Source: Octopus vulgaris (Eukaryota). Taken from it: a stretch of DNA of 64,000 nt. How positions within the stretch are numbered: position 1 is the stretch's first letter; each line of letters opens with the position of its first letter. Shown here piece by piece: positions 12,490 through 25,404 of the stretch. The position numbers were made by a program, and so were the translations under genes. The notes under the pieces are model-generated. The model made no database searches and was not told the origin of the DNA. It saw nothing but the letters and a program-made list of their open reading frames with translations. The stretch is taken from contig OX597814.1 in the NCBI GenBank assembly GCA_951406725.2, positions 99,634,001 through 99,698,000 on the forward strand, given 5' to 3'.

Positions 12490-13600
12490 AAGCTGGTCCA
12501 CACACAACCTTTTTCGCTTAAGCTAATAGTTAGATAAACACTGCTTATCTCTTCAGGTAAAGGAGGGCAACGGAACGATCTTCACACTGGACTCAGCTGA
12601 TAACCGGACTCGTTCTACGCAATGCAGCAGATGTTCGACATAACTGCTGAAGTTAATAACACTCGAGCACTGGATAACTGTAAGCGGAACAGTTTCGTCA
12701 CCCTATACGGATCTTAGAAGGGCCCGGCTTACGACATTTACTTGTCTGTAGAATTTATCAAGAAACGGCAATACCCTTCTCCCAGTAGTACTGCCAGGTC
12801 AGTGGTTTCTGAAAATTAACCTTCAGCCGCTAAAGTCCTCTAGAACGGACAAGGCAGTTGATTCACGTCGACGCCTAAGTGCTCCCGAGAAGTTTGTCCC
12901 TCTCACCCACCACTAATGCTTTATAGAGCTCGTCACTTCTTTCCGATTCTTTTCCACTTGGATATCTGGATCAAACCAATTTAACTGGTCCATCACTCCG
13001 TCAAGCAGCTTACGATGCTGTTGGATGTTATGAATTTACATGTCAGTGTGTTGGACTGCAGACTTCAATTTCTTGGTTTATTTTGCTACCAACTCGTATT
13101 TCCTTACAGTGGATCCAATCATCTCGATCTATTTGTTATCCGAAATTATTCCGGTCACGGCCTCCGCATAACCCAGCACATTTCTTTTGCATTCTAGTTC
13201 ACGCAGACGCCTCTCCATATCTGCAGTTTGTGCAGTAGTAGCTCAAAAGTCAGCGGAGAAGATGCGAGAGGGGATAACCTTGAAAAAGCAAGAATATGAT
13301 GCAAAATAGTTCCCTTCAGGTGGACACTCACCCTAATTACCGAAAAAAATGGTGTTGTAGATTGCAGCGATTGAACTGTAAAAGGTGGAACGAAACTGGC
13401 TGCAGTGAGGACCACAGCCAAGTATTGGTAGTCGACCCTATTGAAAGCTTTGGACTGATATATGTTAATCAGGACCCCACGCATGCTAGATTCCTTACAC
13501 ATTCCCTCTATAATGCATCGCACGTCGCATGAAGCAGAGGTTGTCATATATAGATTTGTTCAGGATGGCGCATATTTGTACACCAGTAAACATCGACGAC
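12490..13600 (-). pseudogene. Degenerate, internally deleted relic of the same L1/Tx1 family (RT to C-terminus)
   Basis: ORF 13194-13547 INIYQSKAFNRVDYQYLAVVLTAA matches INLDQSKAFDRVDHRYLAAVLKAA of ORF2. The reverse complement of 12490-12770 aligns by eye with 45215-45490 (gataaa.tctac, agccgggcc, ccagtgc.cgagt, ttatgtcgaaca, gtgaagat). Confidence 0.88.
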
Positions 13601-14113
13601 CAAATAAAAGAAATATGCAGAACAATTAAGAATATAGAATTGTAAATATGAGGAAATCTACTGAAATCGGTTTTACGCAGTATTTCCGTGTCTTCAGTCA
13701 GCAGTCACGACACACACACGTAGCAGGCAGATATTGATGTTTGCTTTCACCTGAGTGTTTCTCCTGAAGAGCAAATCGGCAAGGTGCTGCTGCAAAACCG
13801 TGTACGTATAGTATTTGCTATTCGTCAAACCATCAAAGATTGAAGTGTGATGAAAACGAAAGATTGGGTAAAGGAGTAGAAGAAGGAGCAAGAGAAGCAA
13901 GAGGAGGATAGTCGGAGGGGGAGAAGAAGGGGGAGAAAAAGAAGTAGAAAAAGAAGAAGAGCATTGATGACGAGGGGAAATAGTACGGTAAGTTTTAGTT
14001 ACCCACCCTAACTGCATTTTTTTCTGGTATGGTATTACTACTATCAATAACCACTATCCCTATTATCACCACTGCCAAGGCTATCATCATAATATCTGCT
14101 GCTGCTGCTGCTG

Positions 14114-14174
<61 letters not shown>

Positions 14175-14374
14175 ATCAACGGTGTCGATGCAACTGTCAT
14201 CACCCCTACCTTCATCGATTATCGAAGTAATATCTCTTATAGCAAGTCCAATCTCTGTCTTCCTGATTCATAGAAAAAATGTCTCCTTCAGCTGACGACA
14301 TTATACGATTGATTGCGCTTGAAATTCCTTCTGTTACTTCACCATTTCCTTCATCTCACAGTTCACATCTCACA

Positions 14375-14495
<121 letters not shown>

Positions 14496-15116
14496 AACAT
14501 CCAATCATCCATCTAACCACCTCTCTATGTATTTACCTATCTATCTGATTATCTGTCTAAATGTCAATGATTTTCCCGTTAAGTAATCAACTCTTACACT
14601 GATACCCTCTCAATGTATCCCTTTCTCTCTTTCTTTCTCTTCGTCTCTCTTCATGATTACACTCTGCGTCTTGTGACTCCGAAATCTCGCAAAATTTAGA
14701 TTGTTTACACGGAGTAAAATCAATGTAGAAAATCTTGTCTTTCAAATAAATAAATATATAGATAAAACTCACTAATATATTTCAAAAGAAAAATCGAAAT
14801 ACTTTATTCAAGTTCATTACAATAGGAAAAATTCAATAAATAGAAGATTCATGGATGTTTGCCACATCATTTTGTGATTTCGTGTTTTGATGCATTATTC
14901 GTTGAACGTATTACTTCTGCAGTTTCTATTGGTGATGCTTGTCACCTTCCCATTGCTCTTTTCTTTCATAAAACTCTCGAAGTAATATATAGAACAAGAT
15001 ACATCTATATATACACATACATATTTGCATACATACATACATACATACATACATACATACATACATACATACATACATACATGCACACACACACACACAC
15101 ACACTCATATATCTGT

Positions 15117-15446
15117 GTGAGGGCGCATGACTCAGTGGTTAGAGTGTCGAGTTTACGATCGTGAGGTTGTGTGTTCGAATCCCGGACCGAGCTGCGTGTT
15201 GTGTTCTTGAGCAAGACACTTTATTGCTCCAGTTCACTCAGCTGGAGAAATGAGTTGCAACGTCACTGGTGCGAAGCTGTATCGGCCCCTTTACTTTTCC
15301 CATGGATAACACTGGTGGTGCGGAGAGAGAAGGCCGGTATGCATGGGTGACTGCTGGTCTTCCATAAACAACCTTGCCCGGACTTGTGCCTGGGAGGGTA
15401 ACTTTCTATATGCAATCCCATGGTCAGTCATAAACGAAGGGGATCT

Positions 15447-15447
<1 letters not shown>
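15117..15447 (+). mobile_element. tRNA-derived SINE family C (V-domain-like centre)
   Basis: A box tgactcagtggttagag, B box gttcgaatcc, then ttgtgttcttgagcaagacactt; close match to the reverse complement of 47868-48203. Confidence 0.85.
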
Positions 15448-15485
<38 letters not shown>

Positions 15486-16445
15486 TAACAATCAAGAGGA
15501 GGTTGGCACTTCAGAATTAAAAGCTTAAGAATCTACCATCAAGCTCTTTCAGAAATAAATAATCATTTCTGTAATACGTCATGGATATCGCCATCTCTGC
15601 TACTCATTATGGTCTTCCAAGAATGAGCTTCTAGAAGATGCCGGACTGATAATGTGTTTCGGAACAATTGAGATTTTTGTATTAAGATCAAATTTCTTTA
15701 ATTGACGCGTGAACACCACAGAATCATCCTTGATACAGAGCTTAATTACTGAATATTTGAGGTTACTATTACTATATGAACCAAATGTCTTTGAGTGTTG
15801 AATAGCCTCGATAGCTAATACATTTCGTTCAAATGCCTAGAGATCTATAGACAATTAGATATCAGTGGCATAAGTTTGTTGACTTAGCCGTATCTCAACT
15901 GATAGCGATCATCTTTGCTTCTTTACAAAATGCGTTCTTAATGCTGTTTAACCATAACTGTCTAAACTTTAATTCAATATGACAGTTTAACAAATAAGTT
16001 TCATTATTTGATGACAAATTCGAGCCTCAAATGAAGCACAAGGTGATTTAACACATTATGATGTGATTTGGTAAAAAGAGATAATATAACCTATTTCTTT
16101 CACAGACATAAGAAAACATACATAGCAAACACACTGTCTGAAACAGATTGCATACATACAGAAATACTCGCACACGCACCAGTAAACACCATACACAAAC
16201 ATATATCTATTGTCAAAAATCTACAATGACATCCACACCAAGTGAAATCTATTTTTCACCAGTCAGCAGAGTTTTTGAAGAGATAACTTCAATATTAATC
16301 TGACTGATCACTCGATCATTTTCAAATTTGATTCTGATTTGAGGTATATACGGTGTTATAATATTGTAAATAAGCCAAACTAAATTACATACGTATGTAC
16401 ATACATACATACATACATACATACATAAATACATACATACATACA

Positions 16446-16479
<34 letters not shown>

Positions 16480-16620
16480 CATACATACATACATACGTAT
16501 GTACATGCACACACACACGCTCACACAGTCACACGCACATATATATAAACAATATATATATACGCAATGTGTATATATATGTGTGTGTGTGTGTGTGTAT
16601 GTGTGTGTGTATAATATATG

Positions 16621-16767
16621 TAGGAATGCTTATGCAGTAAGAAGCTTGCTTCCCAACCATATGGTTCCAGGCAAGTGTCTTCTACTATAGCCTCGAGCTG
16701 ACCAAAGCCTTGCGAGTGGATTTAGGTAGACTGAAACTGAAAGAAGCCCGTCGTATGTGTGTATGTA
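16621..16767 (+). mobile_element. SINE family B 5' half; the mariner sits in its dinucleotide tract
   Basis: gtaagaagcttgcttcccaacc...gaaactgaaagaagcccgtcg. Confidence 0.75.
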
Positions 16768-18057
16768 GGAGGGGCGTTCAATAAGTAATGCCCCTGACCC
16801 ACTTCCCATAGCAGTAGAGCAACGAAACTTGGCACAGTTATTAGTCTTTTTCTACATAGGAACCACCCAGAGTTACGCATTTCTCCCATTGTTTGATGCA
16901 GATCTGGAGACCGTTTTTGTAGAAGACCCCAGCTTGGTCCTCCAACCTGAACGTGACTTCAGAAATCAAGGCTGCATCATCTGGGAAACGCTTTCCTTTC
17001 AAAAACAACTTCATGACTGGGAAGAGGTAAAAATCAGAGGGTGCAAGGTCAGGAAAGTAGGGGGATGGGGGAGGAGTTCATAGCCATACGCCTGTGCTTC
17101 TGATCTGGCGACAAGCGAGTTGTGGGCCGGAACGTTGTCCTGCAGGAGGAGGATGCCTTTGCTGATCTTGCCCCGTCTCTTAATTTTGATAACTTCTCTT
17201 AATTTCCTCAGAAGTGAAGCATAATAAGCTCCTGCAATTGTGGTACCCTTTGCCAGGAAATCTGTCATCACTACTCCGTCCTGGTCCCAGAAGACTGTGA
17301 GCATGACCTTGCCAGCGGAGGGCTGCACCCTTGCCTTCTTTGGAGGGGGTGAGTCACGGTGCTTCCACTGCATTGACTGGGCTTTGGTCTCTGGATCATC
17401 GTGATGGACCCAGGTTTCATCCTGTGTAATCAGTCTTTTGAAAAATTTTGACTCATCTTCTTGGTACATCTCCAAATTCACCCTCGAGCACTCGACGCGT
17501 TCTTGCTTCTGGAAAGGCGTGAGCAACCTGGGAATCCATCTGGCAGACACCTTTTGCATATGCAAATGGTCATGAATGATAGTTTCCACAGACCCGGTAC
17601 TAATCTTGACCTCATGGGCTATTTGGCGAATAATTATGCGTCGATCTTCCAAAATGGCAGCCTCAACTTGACGGACAGATGCCTTATCAATGGCAGAAGG
17701 GGCGACCAGATCTGGGATCTGTTTCCACAGAGTTCCGACCATGTTTGAATTCACGATGCCAGCGTTTTACAAGGTCATATGATTGGGCATCATCACCATA
17801 AGTTACTTTCATTTCATCAAAAGTCTCCCGTGGTGTGCGTCCTTTCAAATACAAAAACCGGATCACTGCTCGACACTCAACAGGATCCATTTCACACTTG
17901 ACTCGGTTCAAACACCTGTAAATCAGAAACCACAATTAATTCAGAGCTGTAATTTGCCACTTACTCTATAGAGATATAAATGATTGCACATGCAACATTT
18001 CAGCTAGATCCAACAACTGTAAGTGGGTCAGAGGCATTACTTATTGAACGTCCCTCG
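16768..18057 (-). mobile_element. Full-length mariner (Tc1/mariner, DD34D) transposon, 1290 bp
   Basis: ~37 bp TIRs (ggaggggcgttcaataagtaatgcccctgacccactt / aagtgggtcagaggcattacttattgaacgtccctcg) with TA at 16766-67 and 18058-59. Confidence 0.95.
16841..17890 (-). pseudogene. Mariner transposase with two frameshifts (near 17700 and 17062)
   Basis: MDPVECRAVIRFL...PRSGRP, WIPRLLT, ITQDETWV, LLQDNVPAH, HPP/YFPDLAPSDF, ending GGSYVEKD*. Confidence 0.92.
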
Positions 18058-18119
<62 letters not shown>

Positions 18120-18779
18120 AGTGTGTATGTATCATATATGTACATATAATATATAATATATATATAGTTGAGATTTATAGAAAACAAAAGACGAAGACAT
18201 GTGTATGAACAAGTCGAGCATAAGCTCTTAAACAGAAAGGAATAAAAGAAAATAAACTGAGAGAGAAGATTAGGTATAAGTAATGGGCATCATATATTTC
18301 TTAATTGTAATAATTTCGACTTATGGCTAAATCAGATAACCACTATAGGTTCGTTAATTGATCGGTTTCCTTAGTCGGTTCACTGATCGGTTGAGAATAA
18401 ATGAACGACCTTAAAGAGTTGAATCTATCCTCATCGGAATCGAATTCATAGCAAAACAATGATGATAAATGAATGATACAAGCATGGCAGAGGGTGCACA
18501 AAGAGGTAATACGTATAAAGTGAAGAGAAGAGATATGAAGAGAGAAAGGGAAAAAGAAGCGATGACCTGGAAAAGGACAAAAGGAAAGATAAAGAAAGAA
18601 AAGGAAGAGAGAAAGAGAAAGAAGTGAGGTATGTAGGCATGGGATGGAAAAATGAAATTAAAGAAGGGACAGTAACAAAAATATTATTGGCCTTAGTGTG
18701 AGTAAAATACATTCCTTACATGCATCATATGTACCTGCTAACATACATATATCATACGTACTTGTATACATGCGCACTT

Positions 18780-18816
<37 letters not shown>

Positions 18817-19000
18817 AACAAACAAACACGCTCACACACGAACACACACATATATCAGTAGGACGATCGTTCTTATAATTTAACTATGAAACCGGAGGAA
18901 CCATTTTTAGATGGAAGACTTAAATATTGAGTTCTCATTTGCCCGAGCAATAATCCTTATATAGAGTTCTCCATATGATTCATATATATATATACATATG

Positions 19001-19083
<83 letters not shown>

Positions 19084-19101
19084 GTATGTGTGTATGTGTA
19101 C

Positions 19102-19151
<50 letters not shown>

Positions 19152-19762
19152 CACACAACGATATATGCTTTACTGTATATAGAATATGCATATTCGATGT
19201 TTTCTCTACGTTATTTCTCAAAAGTTTAGTATAAGAAATGTTAAATATGAAAACACGTATGCACCAAACGACTTGGAAGTTTGCATTCATGCTTTTGATT
19301 GTAATACCATATAGAAATAGAGAAACACCATAACGTTGCTTATAACGGAGGCCTTATTGGTGGAATGAGACATCGAGTATGTAGTTATGGACGTATATAA
19401 ATGTGTGTTATATGCGGAATACCTAGAAGAATATAGTAGTAAGAGGACTGGGTGGTATACAGCTAATCATGAGCACTGTGCAGTGAGTAGTTGGAGCGAG
19501 CGTGTTAGTGCCATCTAGAAATATCTTATTGTGACTTACATTCACATTCATTTTCGACGTGAGCTACACACGAATTCCTAATACATAGCGCATCCTATTC
19601 TCTTTCAAGTAACCCAATGAAACTCCTCTTTCTTCATATATATATATATTCCCTTCTTTATATCTATCAATTTATCTATGTGTATATGTCTGTGTATATT
19701 TATATATATATATATGTATGTATATATATATATATATTTATGTGTGTATATGTATATATATG

Positions 19763-19801
<39 letters not shown>

Positions 19802-20670
19802 TTATGTATGTACTTACGTATGAATGTACGCATGTGTGTATGCATGTATATAGGTAAGACAATTTTTACGTAATTTATATCTGGGTTTCAGTAGATTTTG
19901 ATATGAATGTTGTTAGGTGTAGCTATCAATTCGAAGGAGCTCGTAAATAAATAAGCAAAAATCCTAACAAAAAAAAAAAAACAGAAAGAAAGGCAAATAA
20001 ACAAAGCACTAGGGCAAAACAGAAAGAAACAGAAATACTAATAACAAGAATATGAAACAATATAATAACAACGCTAACATGGATTACAAACAATAAAGTA
20101 CAGTTTATTGCTTTGCATCAGAATTATTTAACCTTTTTCGCAATTGTCAAACAAGTAATTTCAGCTGAGATTAACAGGATTAAAGGATTAAAGAGTTATT
20201 TGCTTTTGAAAGGAGGGTATTTCCACCACGAATCATACGAAGGACCACTACCGGAAATTGAATTTTCGGAATTCATATTACTTGCCACCATTTTGATTTG
20301 CCCAAAATGTGTATGCATTTTATTTTTTATCTTTGTTTCACGTTCTGAAAGCTTTTATTCTTAGCTGTAAATTGTTCTTGTGTTTTATACTTAGCTTTGC
20401 CGAATCATTTCCGATTATCTTCTCCTCGTTCCTTTCTCTGCATCAGCATAATACACTCCATTTATACATGCATTCATTCATTTGACTGTGTTCCCTTATT
20501 CTCTCATTCGATACAATATGATTTTGTTTAACGTTCTTACTTCCAATTTCAGAAGAATTCCTTACATAAATCTGGTCCATAGTATTTCACGCATTGATAT
20601 AGAAAAAAGTATTTAAACACAGACATATACACACACATGCAGACACACACAGACACACACACACACACAT

Positions 20671-20720
<50 letters not shown>

Positions 20721-20801
20721 CACATACATACACGCACATGCACACACACAAAAACAACAAACACACGCACACAGAGAGAAACATACACACACACACATAC
20801 A

Positions 20802-20970
20802 GGCGCAGGTATGGCTCTGTGGTAAGAAGCTTGCTTCCCAACCGCATTCTTCCGGGTTCAGTCCCACAGCGTAGCACCTTGGGCAAATACATTCTATTAT
20901 AGCCTCGGGCTAACCAAAGAGTTGTGAGTGGATTTGAAGGACGGAAACTGAAAGAAGCCCATCGTGTATA
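20802..20970 (+). mobile_element. SINE family B 5' half
   Basis: ggcgcaggtatggctctgtggtaagaagcttgcttcccaacc...gcaccttgggcaa (CORE-like)...gacggaaactgaaagaagccc. Confidence 0.8.
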
Positions 20971-20977
20971 TATATAT

Positions 20978-21460
20978 AATCAAAATAAGCAACAAGGATA
21001 TCCAAAGTTAGTGTAGTACAATCATTTCATGCTACTTCATTTAATTAAACAATGTAAGTATTACATCAGTTTTAAAATTAAGAGCACTCATCAGCCACAT
21101 ATGGAATTTTTTAAAAAATAAAATTGAAAATGTTCATTTTTTTTACTTAATTCCATTTGCCAACATTACAAAGAGGGTAGGTATATAAACAGAGAGGTGA
21201 AATTCATCAGTAGAAACATGTTAGTATAAGATCCTTCCTCATGGGTAGATTTCTTCTCACTGAATTTCCTTTGTTATTTAGATTTACCACTAGGGAGGCT
21301 TTTTTTTTCTATTAAGTTCAATGGAGACAATCAAGAATTTATCTATTTATAGATAGAGGAAGGGGCAGTTTAAGTAGCAGAATATAAATCCAACTCATTT
21401 ATGAAGAACTTTTACTCTAGTATATTTAAATGTGTTTTAGCTAAAGTTAGTAGCCAAGAA
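20978..21460 (-). mobile_element. Probable Penelope-like element 3' fragment with hammerhead motif
   Basis: Type I hammerhead at 21012-21099 on the minus strand; upstream remnant HLNILE/KFFINEL weakly resembles a GIY-YIG C-terminus. Confidence 0.5.
21012..21099 (-). ncRNA. Type I hammerhead ribozyme motif with a long stem II loop
   Basis: Minus strand: UGUGG CUGAUGA GUGCU [49 nt] AGCAU GAAA UGAUU GUA CUACA. Stem I UGUGG/CUACA and stem II GUGCU/AGCAU pair; core intact. Confidence 0.7.
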
Positions 21461-21984
21461 GTAGAAGGCCAAGAACGTACAAATATAGGATAGTTGAAGA
21501 GAAAGAAAACATCCGAAACGGACGTTCTACTCAGATAATTGAAATTCTGCTCTGCGTCGTAATGTGCCGTTTCTGCACTACAGTAAAATATCGTTCGTTC
21601 TCTGTTTTCGGTCTGTAGTTCTCACCGATTGCTATACCTTATCTGTGATGACCAACATTATATTGCTTTTATCTAAAGTACTTTTCCATACTCGATCAAA
21701 TTATATTATAAAGTAGTCTGAGTGCGCTTCTCTATGTAATAAATTTATTGCTGTAAACATTATATTGTCTAATATTGTCGCATATGTTTCATTCTAATGC
21801 CATTTAGATATATTTCATGAATGTGTATAAAAGAAGGCACCACACACATCCTCTTATTCAATCTCGTCCCTATATTTGCTGTTTGTCGTACTGTGTTTTA
21901 CTCTAATACCATTTCCCCCGTCGTGTTGTTATTAATGAAACTATTATTAGATAATGTAAGAAATTATTATCATTATTATCGTTC

Positions 21985-22435
21985 TTAATAGTGTTAAATT
22001 AGCAGAATCATTATAGTGCCGGATTAAATACATTTCTAATGGTTGACTACGATAAGCCGGCCAATTAGCGGAATCGTTACCGTCCTGGACACATATACTT
22101 ACTGAAATTTCTTTCGGCGTTGAGTTCAATTTCAGACGGATTTGACTTCGTTTTCATTTTCTTTAGGCCTATAAAATAGGTACCAGTCGATTACTAGGGT
22201 CGATGTAATCGACTTTGCCCATCACACGTTTTTGCTTGTCTTGTTCCATAATTTGAAACAAATGTTTAGTTATGTCTCTCAACGTCTTGTGTTCTAATCC
22301 TGCGGTGGTCAATTTGTCTTTTTATTCTTTCAGGGTCGATAAAATAAACTACCAAATTAGTATGGTGCCTATGTAATAGACAAACCACTTCCTCCTATAA
22401 TTTACTACATTTCTGCCCAAAATAGAAACATTTTT
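21985..22435 (+). mobile_element. Degenerate tandem SINE family A copies
   Basis: Repeated tagcagaatc head fragments and ...aaaataggtaccagtcgattactagggtcgatgtaatcgac cores. Confidence 0.6.
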
Positions 22436-22439
22436 TTAA

Positions 22440-22638
22440 ATGTGTTTCAGACTACAGCAATGCTAGGGCACCACCGTGAATGTTTTAAGTCGTGTAAATC
22501 AACAAACTGTACTTAGTCTCTTATGCCAAATCGCTACGTTACGGGGACATAAACAAGCCAACACTGGTTATCAAGCGGTGGTGAGAGAAGCACAACCACA
22601 GACACACACACACACACACATACATATACATACACAAA

Positions 22639-22671
<33 letters not shown>

Positions 22672-22830
22672 CATACATATACATGGCGGGTTCATTTCAG
22701 TCTTTGTCTACCAAATGAGCTCACAAGGCTTTGGTCTCCCCGGGGCTATATTATAAGACATTTGCCTAAGTCTCTATGCTGTAAGAGTGAACCTGAAGCA
22801 TTGTGACTGGGAAGCGACCTTCCTACTACT
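22440..22830 (-). mobile_element. Diverged SINE family B
   Basis: gttacggggacataaac...microsatellite...tcacaaggctttggtc...gggaagcgacctt. Confidence 0.7.
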
Positions 22831-23599
22831 GCGAATTGATAGAATGGTTTTTGTTATATTAGTTATTTGCCCCGGTTCAGCTCAGATCAGTTTTCTGGTT
22901 GGACAATATGAGATAACAATCTAATATTGGAGTCAATCTAATCGGTTAACTCCTCTTCCCAAATTTCTGGTCTTGTGTCCCTATGTAAATTCTTTTCAAA
23001 GAAGTGAATCAGTAGAACCTTTAGAAACTCGGTCAAAATGCTTTGCAGTATTTAGTTAAAAATTCATATACTGTCGTGGTCCAATTCGTTTTCATGCAAT
23101 CGATGTCGGTAAAATAACGTACAGAGAAACTTTGGAGTCGAATTTATCAACTGAAACTCCTACCTTAGTGGCTAAACTTGGACTTGTATATATAAAATTA
23201 TCAAAGTTATTATATGCTACATAAGTTATCAGGTGTGTTGTCTTCACCGTGATCAAATTTGCCTTTCATGCTCTCGATGTTGAGAAAAGGATGTACAGAG
23301 AAATTCTGCAGGCGATTTTATCAATGGAAAATTTCTAAACTTGGATCTATATATGAAATTATCAAAGTTATTATATGGCTGTTGTTTTGAGGTTTGAAGT
23401 CTCTCTACAGAACTCAAGAATCTTACTTAGGATTCTTAAGGAATGCAGTATTGTACTTTTAGGTAGGTCAACAACGCGTCTCTGAATTCCATTATCCTTC
23501 ACCCTTAGGTAACAGTTTGCATGTTGTTCCAAGTGCATCAAATTCCATATTAACAAGTTCATTTTAGTCTTCTACAATCCCTTCCTCTCTATGACTATT

Positions 23600-23955
23600 A
23601 GGGCAGCGGACTCGCGGTCATAGGATCGCGGTTTCGATTCCCAGACCGGGCTTTGTGAGTGTTTATTGAGCGAAAAAAGCTCCACGAGGCTCCGGCAGGG
23701 GATGGTGGTGATCCCTGCTGTACTCTTTCACCACAACTTTCTCTCACTCTTTCTTCCTGTTTCTCTTGTACCTGTATTTCAAAGGGCCAGCCTTGTCACT
23801 CTCTGTGTCACGCTGAATATCCCGGAGAACTACGTTAAGGGTACACGTGTCTGTGGAGTGCTCAGCCACTTACACGTTAATTTCACGAGCAGGCTGTTCC
23901 GTTGATTCGGATCAACCGGAACCCTCATCGTCGTAACCGACGGAGTGCTTCCACT
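23600..23955 (+). mobile_element. tRNA-derived SINE family D
   Basis: B-box-like ggtttcgattccc; 3' half shared with 35545-35730 (cgttaatttcacgagcaggctgttc, tcgtcgtaaccgacggagtgc). Confidence 0.75.
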
Positions 23956-25299
23956 TCCATGACTATGCCCTGATATTTCTCAATTTTCTCAATTTCTCTG
24001 TTATTTACTCTTTTAGTGTGTGGCATTACATAATTTTGTTGTTGATGAAGCTGATATTTTGTTGTAAATAAATACGAAATAAATACGAGATTTGATAATG
24101 TGCCGTTTAATCTTTAAAAATAAGTTCCCACGAATCCCTCGATTTTAACTCGTTATCACTATCAAGGTTTTTAAATCAATTTCATTCTATTTATCTAACA
24201 TCCGTGAGTCATTATGTAGAATAGGATAAGTAAGAGGAAATATATTTATTGTTTCTGATAGTTGAATTGTAGAAATTCAGTTCTACCAATATCTTTCACG
24301 TTTCATTTAGCTATAATGAATTGGTATTGGGTATTAACATTTCGAGTTTTTGTTAAATATATTTTTCTTTTCTTTTTCTCCTAAGAATTTTCCAAACATG
24401 TCAGAAGATGAAGAATTTTACATTCTTTGGAAAAATGGATATGGATATTTTTAAGACTCGAAAGATTTCACAATGTTCACGATGACAGGAGAATGCATGA
24501 TTAAAAATAAATGTTATCGAATGATCTGATTAGTTTTCCTTCCTTTAGTGAGCCTTCTTGCTCGTGACATACCGTTCCCGGAGCACCACACGGCGTTTCT
24601 TGGACATTTTAAACAAATTTCATCTGGAGAGAATGATGGGGAGGCGGGTGGTTGACACGGGCTTTATTTATCGACCTAAAAATCTAAACGCAATGTTTAC
24701 GTTGGATAGATTTGAACTCGCAGTACATAGGGAATGCTCTTCTATATTTTAGTAGGTTTGCTATAAATTGAATAAATAGAACAGCCTAACTAAGGTTTCT
24801 ACTCTAATACAAGAATCATGTAGAACTATCTTTGAAGGTTTTGCACAGTTAGTAAAGAATAATAGAGAGACAGATTTCACAGACTTAGATAACTACAAGT
24901 AATATTCTATATAATATTCCACTTATAAGGTGTCAGCAGAGCTGTAGATTACATAAAAGGATTAGCTTCTGATAACAGGTAATTTTTCCCTTGTATAGAT
25001 TTGATAATTTTTTTATTATTAATATAGTTATGAAACGAGATATTTCGCCGCATTTTTTTTCTAAAATGTCGCATTTTCTAGCTTTTGTAGAATTATTTGA
25101 TCGTAAAGTTATATCTTTTCACTAAGTCCAAATTTCGCTTGTTGTTCATATATGGAAAACGATTAATATATGGTTGCAGGTGATTTGTTTCTTGTGTAAA
25201 TTTCATAAAAGTTTTCATAGTAATATTGTTATGAGCCAAGAGATATTACTCCTCGATTTCTTTCCAAAATGTCGCATTTTCTAGACAACCAAGTTATTT

Positions 25300-25404
<105 letters not shown>

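Noticed and set aside
13770-13830. Possible small minus-strand exon (ttttgcag...CAG/gtgaaa)
   Set aside because: Weak splice signals and no recognisable peptide.
15117-15195. tRNA-like sequence
   Set aside because: It is the head of a SINE continuous with the SINE body; not a stand-alone tRNA gene.
19240-19620. Possible solo LTR
   Set aside because: No clear TG...CA ends with TSD and no second copy in the window.
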